Assembly: GCA_049968255.1 (NCBI GenBank)
Contig: JBMFRB010000009.1
Location: 64,001 to 128,000 of the forward strand
DNA: 64,000 nucleotides
Direction of reading: 5' to 3'
DNA from: Candidatus Sumerlaeaceae bacterium
Lineage (GTDB): Bacteria > Sumerlaeota > Sumerlaeia > Sumerlaeales > Sumerlaeaceae
This document shows positions 10,305-19,543 of this stretch, one piece after another. The translations under genes were made by a program, and so were the position numbers. Position 1 is the first letter of the stretch; every line of letters starts with the position of its first letter. The notes under the pieces are model-generated. The model was given only the letters and a program-made list of their open reading frames with translations, ran no database searches and was not told where the DNA came from.

Positions 10305-12255
10305 TCTGTGCCTCCCGCTCCTCCATAGAGCGAATCTCGATAATGAACCGTGCTCCGCCAGTGGCAACGTTTTCCGCTGTCACCCGCCCGCCGTGAAAAC
10401 TCTCCACGATTGTGCGCACCCAAAAGAGCCCAAACCCCTCAGAAAAATCCGATTTTGTAGAATACCCGTGGTGAAAAATTTGCTCGATTTCACCGCGCTC
10501 CAAAAGACGTCCGCTAGCGTCGCGAATGCCTGGCCCATTATCCTCAACCTCGATGCGGAACGTTTCGCGTTCGGCCTCATAGCGTGTACGCACCACGACC
10601 CATGGCGGCCGCTCAGATTTTCTGCGCTGGGACCGAAAGGCATCTATCGCGTTCGTAAGGACGTTAAAAAGCGCAAGCATAAGCAAACGCCTCTCCACCA
10701 CTGGCTGGGGCGAACCAGCTGCAAGATCGCGTTCGAATGTCACCCCTAACGATGTCGTTCGATCGAATTTTGTTAACAAATCGCTCACGATGGCGTCAAT
10801 GGACCAGCGTTTGTATTCGGGGCGACGCAATGAGCCGAACGAACCATAGAGGTCCACAATGTCCTGCATCAGCCGCATTGTATCTGCGATGGCCACCACC
10901 CCCTCGCGTAGCAGTTGCCACTGTTGGGCATCCAGCTCGTGAGGCTCGCGTTCCAAAATATCCCGCGCTGTGAGTGTGTCGAGACGGACCGACGCCAGCA
11001 CGTTTGTCAAATCATGCGCTATGCAGCGGGCTAGCGAGATGTTTGCTTGGCGTCGCTGTTCGGATATGGATTGCTCGAGAGCTGAAAATGCCAGCAACCC
11101 TCGCGCGATAGCCTCACAGCCCAACCGCAGACCCTCGAGACGCGTTGCGGGATCTAGCGCCGGGTGTTGGAGCTCACCCTTGATAACGACGATACTCGGC
11201 CCAACATTGGCCGCGAAACGAAATTTCCCATGTTCACCTGCAACGAAATTGCTGACCCTTGCCGTGTCGGGCAAGAGCGCCCGGGCGGTTTCGGGCCACG
11301 TTTGTGCAGAGTGCTCAGCATCCGAACTCACAGAACGATTCTCGGGCGGATAAGCAAGTGTGCGCGCGAGCAGAAGGTCGTCGCCTTGGTGCGACAGCTC
11401 AGCTAGTGTCAGCGAGCTAGCCCCGAAACCCGTGGCGAGAAGTTCCAAACCGCCAAGCAGAATGGCAGGCTCAACCACAGGCTGGTTGGTTCTCCGCAGC
11501 AGCTCGCTCATCGTCTCGTCCAACTCCTGAATAAGTGCCCGACGGGCCATTTCGTTGTAAGCAGCCTCGAGACCAGCTGCGGGCTTGGCGATGAGCTGCG
11601 GTCGTGCCTGCTGTGCCCCTTGCAGGTGCACGGTCACGTTATGCATTGGCCGCAAAATGTAGCGATAGAGGAAATAGTAGCCCACTACCCACAGCGCGAC
11701 CAAAGCAGCCGCGATCATCCAGTAGCGGCGTGTGAGCTCCTCGATGGGTGGGTAATGAGCCGGTGTCGTGTAACGCGCCACGAGTCGCCCACTGCCAGGC
11801 AGGCCGCGCTCACGTTTCACCCCCAGGTCCGTGATTCTCTCGAAATTGCGCAAAAAAAGACTGTTGCGCCACGTCTGTAAACGCCGCGGTTTGTCGGGAT
11901 CGACCACCCGCAAATTGTCCACAACCTGACGATTCGCATCAAGAAGCTCGAAAAGGAAAATGCTTGTCGGCCCTTCGACGATCTGCTGCATTTCTTTGCG
12001 CAGACGTTCCGCAGCCAGTTTGCGACTGGCCGGTGTCGTGGCGAATAACACATCGCCTGCGTACTCCGCCAAGGTATCGGGTAAGTTGAAAATTTCCCGG
12101 AAATGTTCGCGAATCAGCGCTTCCTTCTCGCCCGTGTAGTGCTGGCGGTCCAGCTCGTAGAGCACTAGCGCAAGAATGAGAAAGTACAGCGCCGTGACGA
12201 CCGTGTTGAGGATGCGAGTGCGTCGGCTGTAATCAAATTTCGCTGTTGAGTGCAT
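10276..12255 (-). CDS. Membrane sensor histidine kinase (no cognate regulator in window)
   Basis: Two TM segments; H-box 'IAHDLTN', N-box 'NVLTNAIDA', G1 'VEDNGPGI', G2 'GFGL'. Confidence 0.9.
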   Translation of the reverse strand: MHSTAKFDYSRRTRILNTVVTALYFLILALVLYELDRQHYTGEKEALIREHFREIFNLPDTLAEYAGDVLFATTPASRKLAAERLRKEMQQIVEGPTSIFLFELLDANRQVVDNLRVVDPDKPRRLQTWRNSLFLRNFERITDLGVKRERGLPGSGRLVARYTTPAHYPPIEELTRRYWMIAAALVALWVVGYYFLYRYILRPMHNVTVHLQGAQQARPQLIAKPAAGLEAAYNEMARRALIQELDETMSELLRRTNQPVVEPAILLGGLELLATGFGASSLTLAELSHQGDDLLLARTLAYPPENRSVSSDAEHSAQTWPETARALLPDTARVSNFVAGEHGKFRFAANVGPSIVVIKGELQHPALDPATRLEGLRLGCEAIARGLLAFSALEQSISEQRRQANISLARCIAHDLTNVLASVRLDTLTARDILEREPHELDAQQWQLLREGVVAIADTMRLMQDIVDLYGSFGSLRRPEYKRWSIDAIVSDLLTKFDRTTSLGVTFERDLAAGSPQPVVERRLLMLALFNVLTNAIDAFRSQRRKSERPPWVVVRTRYEAERETFRIEVEDNGPGIRDASGRLLERGEIEQIFHHGYSTKSDFSEGFGLFWVRTIVESFHGGRVTAENVATGGARFIIEIRSMEEREAQITAPRQLQA

Positions 12256-12360
12256 GACTACGTCTTGAGTACTCTCGTGCGCAGCAAAAGATTGGCTGGG
12301 CTGTTGATGCGCCGCCTCTATCCTTTAAAAGGCCACACTCGGCGTGCAAGGCTGAAGCAT

Positions 12361-12777
12361 ATGATCGAAGACAGCATTTTCGAGTACCTTGAAAGGACAA
12401 AGGCTGTGGACTACACGCTCGGAGTCCTGGCCATCGTCGGCCCGCTCATTGTGGCCGCGATCTTACGCTGGGGCCAAGGCCGTGCCTTTGTTGAGAATCA
12501 TCGGCCTGACTGGTGGCTAGGACTTGTGGCCGGTCCATTGGTCTACGTCTTGTGGCGCGTTTACAATGCGATTATGGATGCGTTTGGGCTCGACAGTGTT
12601 TACGCCCTAGTGCTCAACGCGTCAATTTTTCTTTGTGTGGGGCTTGCCCTCGCGTTGGCCCGAACTTGGCTTTGGCGGTCCACCAGAGGAGCGCCTCCTG
12701 CTAGGATTTCTCCCCAGCAGCGAGCGGCTACTTCTGACGACGGCCCCACGGCCGATTTGCGTGTAAAAGGTGAATGA
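12361..12777 (+). CDS. Hypothetical small membrane protein (~3 TM)
   Basis: Three hydrophobic segments; abuts the next gene; start chosen at ATG 12361. Confidence 0.65.
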   Translation: MIEDSIFEYLERTKAVDYTLGVLAIVGPLIVAAILRWGQGRAFVENHRPDWWLGLVAGPLVYVLWRVYNAIMDAFGLDSVYALVLNASIFLCVGLALALARTWLWRSTRGAPPARISPQQRAATSDDGPTADLRVKGE

Positions 12778-12778
12778 A

Positions 12779-13822
12779 ATGATCTTTGCAAAATCACTGC
12801 GGCGAAAACAACGGTATGTCGTTGTGGCGACTATGTGCCTCTTCGCCGTCTCCGTTGGCTTGGCGCAACGCCAGGGGAGCTCTCTCATTAATGGCGTGGA
12901 AGTAGTGGCAGAACTCGACAAAACCGAGCTGCTCGTGGGCGAGCCCCTTTTTCTAAAAATCAGCGTGGCAAATCGCAACGCCCCCTTGGTGATTGGCAAT
13001 TTTATCTCCGCCCTGCACTTTCCCGAGGGCGGCGACATCGAACTTTACGTGCAGCCGCCCAATGAACTCGCCTATCGCTACCAAGCCCACGAAGATCCTG
13101 CGGTGTTCGCTACCGTCGAGATCGGAAACAAGAAGGGCGCCTCCACTCATTTCGAGCTACCGATCATCTACGAACGAAAATCACCCACCGGCTACCTTTT
13201 CGATAGGCCGGGCGATTATGTCGTGTCTGGGAAAATTTGGCACAGCATCATGCGCGATCCCACGCGCACGTTCACGGAGATCCCGCCGACAAAAATCACC
13301 GTGCGGTCACCCGAGGGCGACAATCAGCAGGCGTTCCGGTTGATCGACGGCAAAAAGTATGCACTCGCGCTTCAAGAGCAGGTCACCGACGACAAAGACA
13401 TCATCGAAAAATGTCTCGCCGTGGCGAAAAGATATTCACATTCGGTTTACGCCCCGATGTGCGCGTATGTGGCAGGGGCGTCGATGGTGCTTGACAAGCA
13501 GAGGCTCGAAGAGGGCGTCACGCTGCTTCGCGACTTTGCCAAGCGCTTTCCCACTCATCCAATGGTGGGCAATGGCATCTACTCCATTTTCTTCGGCTAC
13601 CACATGGCCGGGGATCAAGACCGGGCCCGTGAATGGTTCTATTACCTTATGGATTTCGACCCGTCTTATCGCCTTCTGCGCGAGGAAAACAAGTTAGCAT
13701 CATATTATTATTTTGGACGCATCGAGGAATTGCAAAATCGCCGTTGGTGGATGTACGACAAGCCGTGGCTCCTTCCGAAAGAATTGCCCGTGCGTAAAGA
13801 AACTCAGGGAGTGCCTCAGTGA
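12779..13822 (+). CDS. Hypothetical secreted protein, beta-rich N-domain with TPR-like helical C-terminus
   Basis: Basic N-terminus plus hydrophobic signal 'YVVVATMCLFAVSVGLA'; 'LLRDFAKRFPTHP' TPR-like; stop overlaps folP start. Confidence 0.7.
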   Translation: MIFAKSLRRKQRYVVVATMCLFAVSVGLAQRQGSSLINGVEVVAELDKTELLVGEPLFLKISVANRNAPLVIGNFISALHFPEGGDIELYVQPPNELAYRYQAHEDPAVFATVEIGNKKGASTHFELPIIYERKSPTGYLFDRPGDYVVSGKIWHSIMRDPTRTFTEIPPTKITVRSPEGDNQQAFRLIDGKKYALALQEQVTDDKDIIEKCLAVAKRYSHSVYAPMCAYVAGASMVLDKQRLEEGVTLLRDFAKRFPTHPMVGNGIYSIFFGYHMAGDQDRAREWFYYLMDFDPSYRLLREENKLASYYYFGRIEELQNRRWWMYDKPWLLPKELPVRKETQGVPQ

Positions 13823-14673
13823 CCGAATGGCCGTGGATTGTGCGCGGTCGGCGCGTCCTGCCCGCTGGCCGCTCGCTCGTGATGGGGATCCTCAATGTTA
13901 GCCCCGATAGCTTCTCTGATGGCGGACGTTTTCGCGATGCACAAGAAGCCGTGGACGCCGCGCTAAAGATGCTTGCCGATGGGGCCGACATCATCGACGT
14001 CGGTGGAGAAAGCTCGCGTCCTGGCCGCTCGGGGCCTGTGCCCGCGCAGGAAGAATTGCGCCGCGTTCTGCCTGTGGTGAAGGCGCTGCGCGAAAAGGCG
14101 CCTCAGGCGCTCATTTCCGTGGACACCTATAAAGCCGAAGTCGCCGAGCAGGCGCTCGATGCGGGGGCGGACATCATCAACGATATTTATGCTCTCCGCT
14201 ATGCCCCGAGCGTCGCTGATCTCGTCGCGCGTCATAAAGCTGGACTTGTTCTCATGCACATGCAGGGCACGCCCGAAACCATGCAGGTGAATCCGACTTA
14301 CCAAAACGTCGTCGTTGAAATAAAGAATGAGTTGCGTCAAGCTTTACAACTGGCGCTTGAACGCGGGGTGCCGGAGGAAGCCATAGCCATCGATCCCGGT
14401 TTCGGTTTTGGAAAAACCGTCGAGCACAACGTCGAACTGCTAGCCCAGCTCGAGTATTTTCGCCTACTCCAGCGACCCATTTGTGTCGGCGTGTCGCGCA
14501 AGCGTTTTCTTGGTGCTCTGTGTGGCGGGCTGGATGTCGATGAGCGCGAGGAGGCTACCCTCGCTGCAGTGACCATTGCAGTTCTTCACGGTGCAGCAAT
14601 TGTTCGCGTGCACAACGTCAAAGCCGCCAAACGCGCCTTAGCTGTGGCGGATGCCGTGTTGGCGCGTTTGTAA
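13819..14673 (+). CDS. folP: Dihydropteroate synthase
   Basis: 'VMGILNVSPDSFSDGG', 'DVGGESSRPG', 'ISVDTYK', 'DPGFGFGKT', 'SRKRF', 'RVHNV'. Confidence 0.97.
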   Translation: MTEWPWIVRGRRVLPAGRSLVMGILNVSPDSFSDGGRFRDAQEAVDAALKMLADGADIIDVGGESSRPGRSGPVPAQEELRRVLPVVKALREKAPQALISVDTYKAEVAEQALDAGADIINDIYALRYAPSVADLVARHKAGLVLMHMQGTPETMQVNPTYQNVVVEIKNELRQALQLALERGVPEEAIAIDPGFGFGKTVEHNVELLAQLEYFRLLQRPICVGVSRKRFLGALCGGLDVDEREEATLAAVTIAVLHGAAIVRVHNVKAAKRALAVADAVLARL

Positions 14674-14908
14674 ATCATCGTCCTCGTTCTGTCAATCCCA
14701 GCAACGGTCTGGTTTCCCCCTGGCCTGTTTCTTCCCGTCGCTCCAGGCACTCGCTCGGGCTTTTCATTTGTCATTACGTCATTTGGGTGCCGTTGTTACA
14801 TCATCAAAAGAAAGACTTGCAATCGGAACCGGTTTTCGTCTATATGGCAAATTGGCCTGCGAAAAGGCGAGTCGCTATTGGACCTCATGGCAAAGGAGGA
14901 AAACTACC

Positions 14909-15727
14909 ATGAAAAGGATCGCTTTGGCAGCGATGATGCTGCTTGCATCAGTGTCAATGTGGGCGGCGAAAACCTACACCGTGCCCTACACGACTCAAAC
15001 GATTACGCTCGATGGCGTGGCTAGCGAAGTTGCTTGGGCAGCTGCCGCCATCGCAGGCGGAGATTTCGTTGCCCACGATTCGGGAGTCCCTGGAACACTG
15101 TCCACACAGCAGACAACTTTCAAAGCGCTGTGGGACGACAACAATCTTTACATCTATGTGCAGACTCAGGATCTGGCGCCGGTTTTCGACGTGAACCTCA
15201 CAACAAACAACCAGACCCTGACATTCTCCAAGGACGACTTCGAGTTTTTCCTGGACCCGATTTCGGCGCGCAACAACGAGCCCAATCCCACGCACAAATA
15301 CCAGCTTGTCATTTTCCCCCAGACCGATGCGGCTGGTTTGATGTCGAATCCTCCGGCGGCGTTCAAGTGGGTTGCGGCGGGCAACACCGACTTCCCCTTC
15401 CCACCGACAAGCTGGCCCTCAGGCGTGAATATCCAGGTCGCAATAGTTCCGGTTTCTTCGCCTGCCGGCTATGCGGCTGAGCTCGCAATTCCGTGGAGCG
15501 TATTTGATGTTGCGCTCGTCAACACGGAGCCCTTCAGCCTGCCACCCCTCAACGGTGACACATGGTCCGTGCAAGTGTGTCGCCTCCATGATTCCGGAAA
15601 CAACACGGCGGCGAGTAAATGGAATCCTACATCAACAGCTGGCTTCCGCACCAAGCCATGGGGACTTTGGATCTTTACTGGCAAGCCAGCACCTACGCGC
15701 GCCGTGGATTGGCAACTTCTCGAGTAG
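14909..15727 (+). CDS. Secreted CBM9/DOMON-like carbohydrate-binding protein with C-terminal DWxL tail
   Basis: RBS AAGGAGG at 14893; signal 'MKRIALAAMMLLASVSMWA'; CBM9-like 'ITLDG', 'KALWDDNNLYI', 'DDFEFFLDP', 'YAAELAIPW'; ends 'PTRAVDWQLLE'. Confidence 0.8.
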   Translation: MKRIALAAMMLLASVSMWAAKTYTVPYTTQTITLDGVASEVAWAAAAIAGGDFVAHDSGVPGTLSTQQTTFKALWDDNNLYIYVQTQDLAPVFDVNLTTNNQTLTFSKDDFEFFLDPISARNNEPNPTHKYQLVIFPQTDAAGLMSNPPAAFKWVAAGNTDFPFPPTSWPSGVNIQVAIVPVSSPAGYAAELAIPWSVFDVALVNTEPFSLPPLNGDTWSVQVCRLHDSGNNTAASKWNPTSTAGFRTKPWGLWIFTGKPAPTRAVDWQLLE

Positions 15728-15750
15728 CAGCGCAACGCCACAAATCACCC

Positions 15751-15805
15751 AAAAAGACGGCAGCGAGGCGCTGAAGTTCAGCGCTTCGCTGCTTGCTACT
15801 TTTCT
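15751..15805. terminator. Probable bidirectional intrinsic terminator
   Basis: Stem GCAGCGAGGCGCTGA / TCAGCGCTTCGCTGC with an A-tract before and T-rich sequence after, between convergent genes. Confidence 0.7.
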
Positions 15806-15930
15806 AACACATTAAATCTAATTCACATTAAAACGTGCCGTCAAGTGACTCGTGCAGCAAGCCCCGAAGCGCTGACTTGCGAACCTACGTGAAGGCAAAC
15901 GTGGTGGGCAGCGAACGTCGCGTCTCGGCC

Positions 15931-16842
15931 TCAGGGATCGAGCTGTCGGTCCACCACCCAGACGTCAGGCTCTCGTGGGGCACTGCTGTAACGCGGCGCG
16001 TGGGCGAAAGCTCCCTCGTCACTGAGCAAGGGAGCGAGAGTCGGATTTTGCAGGAGTGCAGACAGGCGGTGCAGCTTGCCATCAACGAGCACATCGTTAG
16101 CCACAAGGCGAATGCCGTGGCTATAGTCGGCATACGTGGCCTTGTGCACCAGCGACAGCGGTTGGATCGCCGTCCCGACGGGAAGATGCCATCCGTAAAT
16201 TGCAACGCGCGGGGGCGATGAACGCTGCCACAGCTGGGGTGTTAGCACGATATCTTTTTTGACGCCGCTCACCAACAGACCAAGCGCGCACTCGGCCTGC
16301 GTCCTCTGCTCTTCGATCATCAGCTGATGCCTGAAAAACGTTTCGACCGTAACCATCTCCGGCGAAGGGGGAAGCGGTCGTGGGAGAGCTCTCCACGCTG
16401 CCGCATTGCAGATCGCATCGACCATCGTGCGCGTCGGAAGCGAACAGTCCGTGCGATCACAAATCCACTGAGCGAGATGCGGCGTCGCGGGGATGCGCAG
16501 AAAATCTTCGTCGCTGCCCACCGCAAGGTAGTCGGGCGTCACGGCGAACCGCACCGTAGATTTCGCGCCATCGGCCCATACCTCTCTTTCGACCGGGGCA
16601 AGCCAACGCAAGAAATTGGGAACATTACCTTGCGCCACCTCGCGGTAAATTTGGCGCTCGCGCTCCTCGAGCGAAAGCAAAGCAAACTGCGCAGCAAGAG
16701 CTTTTCCACCCAAAGCATGGGCCGGACGAGGGGGCAGGATCAACTGGGCGCGGGGCAGAAGCTCCGTCGCAGCTCGGACCTGCCACGTGCTTGTGAGAAC
16801 AAAAAAAAACATGCCAACGGCTAGCCACTGGAACCGTTTCAT
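15931..16842 (-). CDS. Hypothetical secreted protein
   Basis: Signal peptide; motif-like blocks 'GNVPNFLR', 'PDYLAVGSDEDF', 'VAIYGWH', 'YADYSHGIRLV'. Confidence 0.75.
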   Translation of the reverse strand: MKRFQWLAVGMFFFVLTSTWQVRAATELLPRAQLILPPRPAHALGGKALAAQFALLSLEERERQIYREVAQGNVPNFLRWLAPVEREVWADGAKSTVRFAVTPDYLAVGSDEDFLRIPATPHLAQWICDRTDCSLPTRTMVDAICNAAAWRALPRPLPPSPEMVTVETFFRHQLMIEEQRTQAECALGLLVSGVKKDIVLTPQLWQRSSPPRVAIYGWHLPVGTAIQPLSLVHKATYADYSHGIRLVANDVLVDGKLHRLSALLQNPTLAPLLSDEGAFAHAPRYSSAPREPDVWVVDRQLDP

Positions 16843-16970
16843 CTTCCCGCCCCTTGCCGAATGTTGTCGCCATCAGGGGTAGGCAACAAGAACGCTGCAG
16901 CCCCCGAGGCTTGATAATGCGCCTATGTCCTCATCCAAACCAGCTGTTCGGCAAACTTGCAAGGAGTCAT

Positions 16971-17669
16971 TCATTCGGCATCGGGGGCACTCGCGGCCTG
17001 CGAGTTTCCGCTGCGCATGATCCGTTTGTGCACGTATACGTATGCAACGAAAAACATCATGCAGCCAAGGAAAATCCAGAGAAGGTTTTGGTGAATGATC
17101 TCTTTGCCGTGATGGACCAGCTCGGCATAAGTCATGTGTGCGGTTTTTCGTCCGAAGTAGTAGCCGATCCCTGTCAAGATCGCGACCCAAATTCCTGCAC
17201 CGAGACCCGTGCAAATCGTAAATGTCCGCAAGCGCATTCCTGCAATGCCGGCCGGAATCGAGATGAGTTGGCGAATCTCAGGCAGCATGCGACATACGAA
17301 GGTAATGCCCGCGCCATATTCGCGAAAGAGCTCTTCTGCACGTTGCAAGCTCTCCGGCTTCAGGAAAAAAAACTTGCCATATTTGTAGAGAAACGGTCGC
17401 CCCAGCCAGCGTGCAAGATAGTAGTTGACGAAGGCGCCGGTCAGAGATCCGAGCACACCTACAAAAACGGCCATGGCTGCGTCCAGGGGCGGGTTGTGAA
17501 AGGTCAACGCCAGCCGGGCTGCGAGGAAACCTGCGGGAATCATGACCACCTCGCTTGGGAACGGAATGAACGAGCTTTCGATGGTCATGAGCACAAAGAT
17601 AATGACATAACCCCATGTTGGGGCATGCTGAGCGGCCAGCTCGATGTAGCGAATGAGCAGTTCAGTCAC
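16971..17669 (-). CDS. DedA family membrane protein
   Basis: 'IESSFIPFPSEVVMIPAGF', 'RMLPEIRQLISIPAG' DedA signature. Confidence 0.92.
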   Translation of the reverse strand: MTELLIRYIELAAQHAPTWGYVIIFVLMTIESSFIPFPSEVVMIPAGFLAARLALTFHNPPLDAAMAVFVGVLGSLTGAFVNYYLARWLGRPFLYKYGKFFFLKPESLQRAEELFREYGAGITFVCRMLPEIRQLISIPAGIAGMRLRTFTICTGLGAGIWVAILTGIGYYFGRKTAHMTYAELVHHGKEIIHQNLLWIFLGCMMFFVAYVYVHKRIMRSGNSQAASAPDAE

Positions 17670-17909
17670 AGGGTTGTCCTCACGCGTGATTGCGCATTCT
17701 GACTCACTAAATGCGTCAGCACTCGATGATATTCTCCAAAATCGATCAAGAGAATCTCAACTCGTCGTCCTTTTCGCAGCTACTTAGAGCGTTTGACATG
17801 CGTACAATTTGGTGCGTTATTCGACGAATTCGTACACTCAAACCAGAGACATTCCGGCGAACAAGTCCGTAAGTCAATGTTTGTCAATAATCCAATTTGT
17901 TTTTTTCCG

Positions 17910-17926
17910 CTGGCACACGTTGTGCA
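17910..17926 (+). promoter_or_regulatory. Sigma54 (-24/-12) promoter candidate
   Basis: CTGGCAC-ACGTT-GTGCA has the GG-N10-GC spacing with a near-consensus match to YTGGCAC-N5-TTGCW, ~45 nt upstream of the 17971 start. Confidence 0.6.
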
Positions 17927-17970
17927 AATCTCTAGCGACAGCACACTCTTACTGAAAGGAGTACCGAAGA

Positions 17971-18231
17971 ATGAGAGCAACCACTCTCGCAGTTGCAGCA
18001 GTTGTCGCGTTGACCGTTGCGGCTTGGGCTGGACCGGGTGCGGGCCAAGGCGGTGCGGATGGCCAAAGGAAAGGTCGTCCTGATGCAGCATGGAAGCATG
18101 GCGCGGCGAGCGATAGCTCGACGACTTGCCCGGCCACCCATGAGCGCAAGCACAAGCGCGAGCATAAGCGCCAGCAAACGCAGACTCAACAGCAGTCTGC
18201 TCAACCGTCTGGCGTGCAGCAAAACCAATAA
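17971..18231 (+). CDS. Small secreted low-complexity (G/H/K/Q-rich) protein
   Basis: RBS AAAGGAG; signal 'MRATTLAVAAVVALTVAAWA'; 86 aa. Confidence 0.65.
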   Translation: MRATTLAVAAVVALTVAAWAGPGAGQGGADGQRKGRPDAAWKHGAASDSSTTCPATHERKHKREHKRQQTQTQQQSAQPSGVQQNQ

Positions 18232-18263
18232 GTAGCACAAATCTGAGTCGAGGAGATGATCCT

Positions 18264-19058
18264 ATGCGGTACGTTACTCTCACAGCGGTGTGCGTCCTTG
18301 CAGCGAGTTCTCTACTCGCTCAACCTGGTGCAGGACGCGCGGAAAGGCGGGGAGAGGCTGGACGCGCTCGGGCAGCGGTGCGGGCTGATCGCGAAACAAC
18401 GCGTCCGCGAGCATGGGAACCGGGCGAGCGAATGCGGGCATTTGCCCAGCGGCGCGATGTTCCCACCTCGCGAATTTTGCAGCGGATGAAAGATTTCCTG
18501 GCTTTGACTCCCGATCAGGAGTCAAAGGCACGTGAAATTCTTGAAAAAGCAAAATCCGAGGTTGGTGAAAGCGTAGGATCACTTCGCGAGCTCGGAGAAA
18601 AAACGCGTGAAAAACTTCGGGAGATTCTCACGGAAGAGCAGCGCATCAAATTGGACAAGCTCCGCAAAGATGCGCGCGAAGTCGGAGCGCAGATGATGCA
18701 GGAGCGCGGCCCACAAATGCGCGAGGCCTTGGGACGGGCCGGAGAAGAAGCACGCTTGCGGATGGCTTTGCGGGCTGTCAATCTCACCGAAGAACAGCGC
18801 AAAAAGGTCCAAGAAATCGAAAAAGAGACCCACGCAAAGCTCCAAGCTATCCAGAACGAGGTCCGACCGAAGATAGAAGCGACACGAGAAGAAGCCAAAA
18901 AGAAGATCGAAGAGATTCTCACGCCTGAGCAGCGAGAACAGCTCAAGAAGGAGCTCGAAAAACTGCCCAAAGCCATGGAGCCTGCTCGCGGTGGTCCGGC
19001 GCACATGCCCGGTCCTCCTGCTCACCCACCTGCGGGTCCGCAGGAACCGGCCATCTAG
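18264..19058 (+). CDS. Periplasmic Spy/CpxP-like LTXXQ-repeat protein
   Basis: Signal peptide; four LTxxQ motifs (LTPDQ, LTEEQ, LTEEQ, LTPEQ) in charged helices. Confidence 0.8.
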   Translation: MRYVTLTAVCVLAASSLLAQPGAGRAERRGEAGRARAAVRADRETTRPRAWEPGERMRAFAQRRDVPTSRILQRMKDFLALTPDQESKAREILEKAKSEVGESVGSLRELGEKTREKLREILTEEQRIKLDKLRKDAREVGAQMMQERGPQMREALGRAGEEARLRMALRAVNLTEEQRKKVQEIEKETHAKLQAIQNEVRPKIEATREEAKKKIEEILTPEQREQLKKELEKLPKAMEPARGGPAHMPGPPAHPPAGPQEPAI

Positions 19059-19329
19059 GCCTCTCAGTTGCAGCACAAATGCTTGGGCCGTCTGCTAGCC
19101 CTCGCAGCCAATGAGGCCAGAGCATATCGGTTCCAGAGAATCGCCGGTGGTGCAGGTTGCGCTCCAGGTGACGTTATGCCGGCACCACCGGGGAAGATGC
19201 CGCCCGCGCCGCGTGCGGAGCGACGACAAAAGGTTGCTGACTGCGGTGGCATGCGGGTCTCAGTGCCGTAGGATCGTTGGCCGGCACGGCAAGGTCTTCG
19301 CAAGGTTGCGGTGGAATGTGTTGCATGAA

Positions 19330-19403
19330 AATCTCCCCCGAGCATCCTGAGTGCTCGTCCCCGCCAAACTGCCCCGGCTCCTCCCACCGGGGCAGTCTCT
19401 TTT
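19330..19403 (+). ncRNA. Candidate small RNA or terminator: two hairpins, the second with an anti-SD loop CTCCTCCCA
   Basis: Hairpin CGAGCAT/GTGCTCG (19339-19357); perfect 10-bp stem ACTGCCCCGG/CCGGGGCAGT (19368-19396) with loop CTCCTCCCA; then CTCTTTT. Confidence 0.35.
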
Positions 19404-19543
19404 AACTCTGTCCGTGGAGGTGAGTCGGGCACGCTTTTTACTTGTCCGTTCCAATACATTTCACTTACGAACATCACCACATTGGGTCGGCAGTGCCGAC
19501 GTGGTAGTTATGGCCCCAACGCCTCATGGGAAGATTCTCAATC

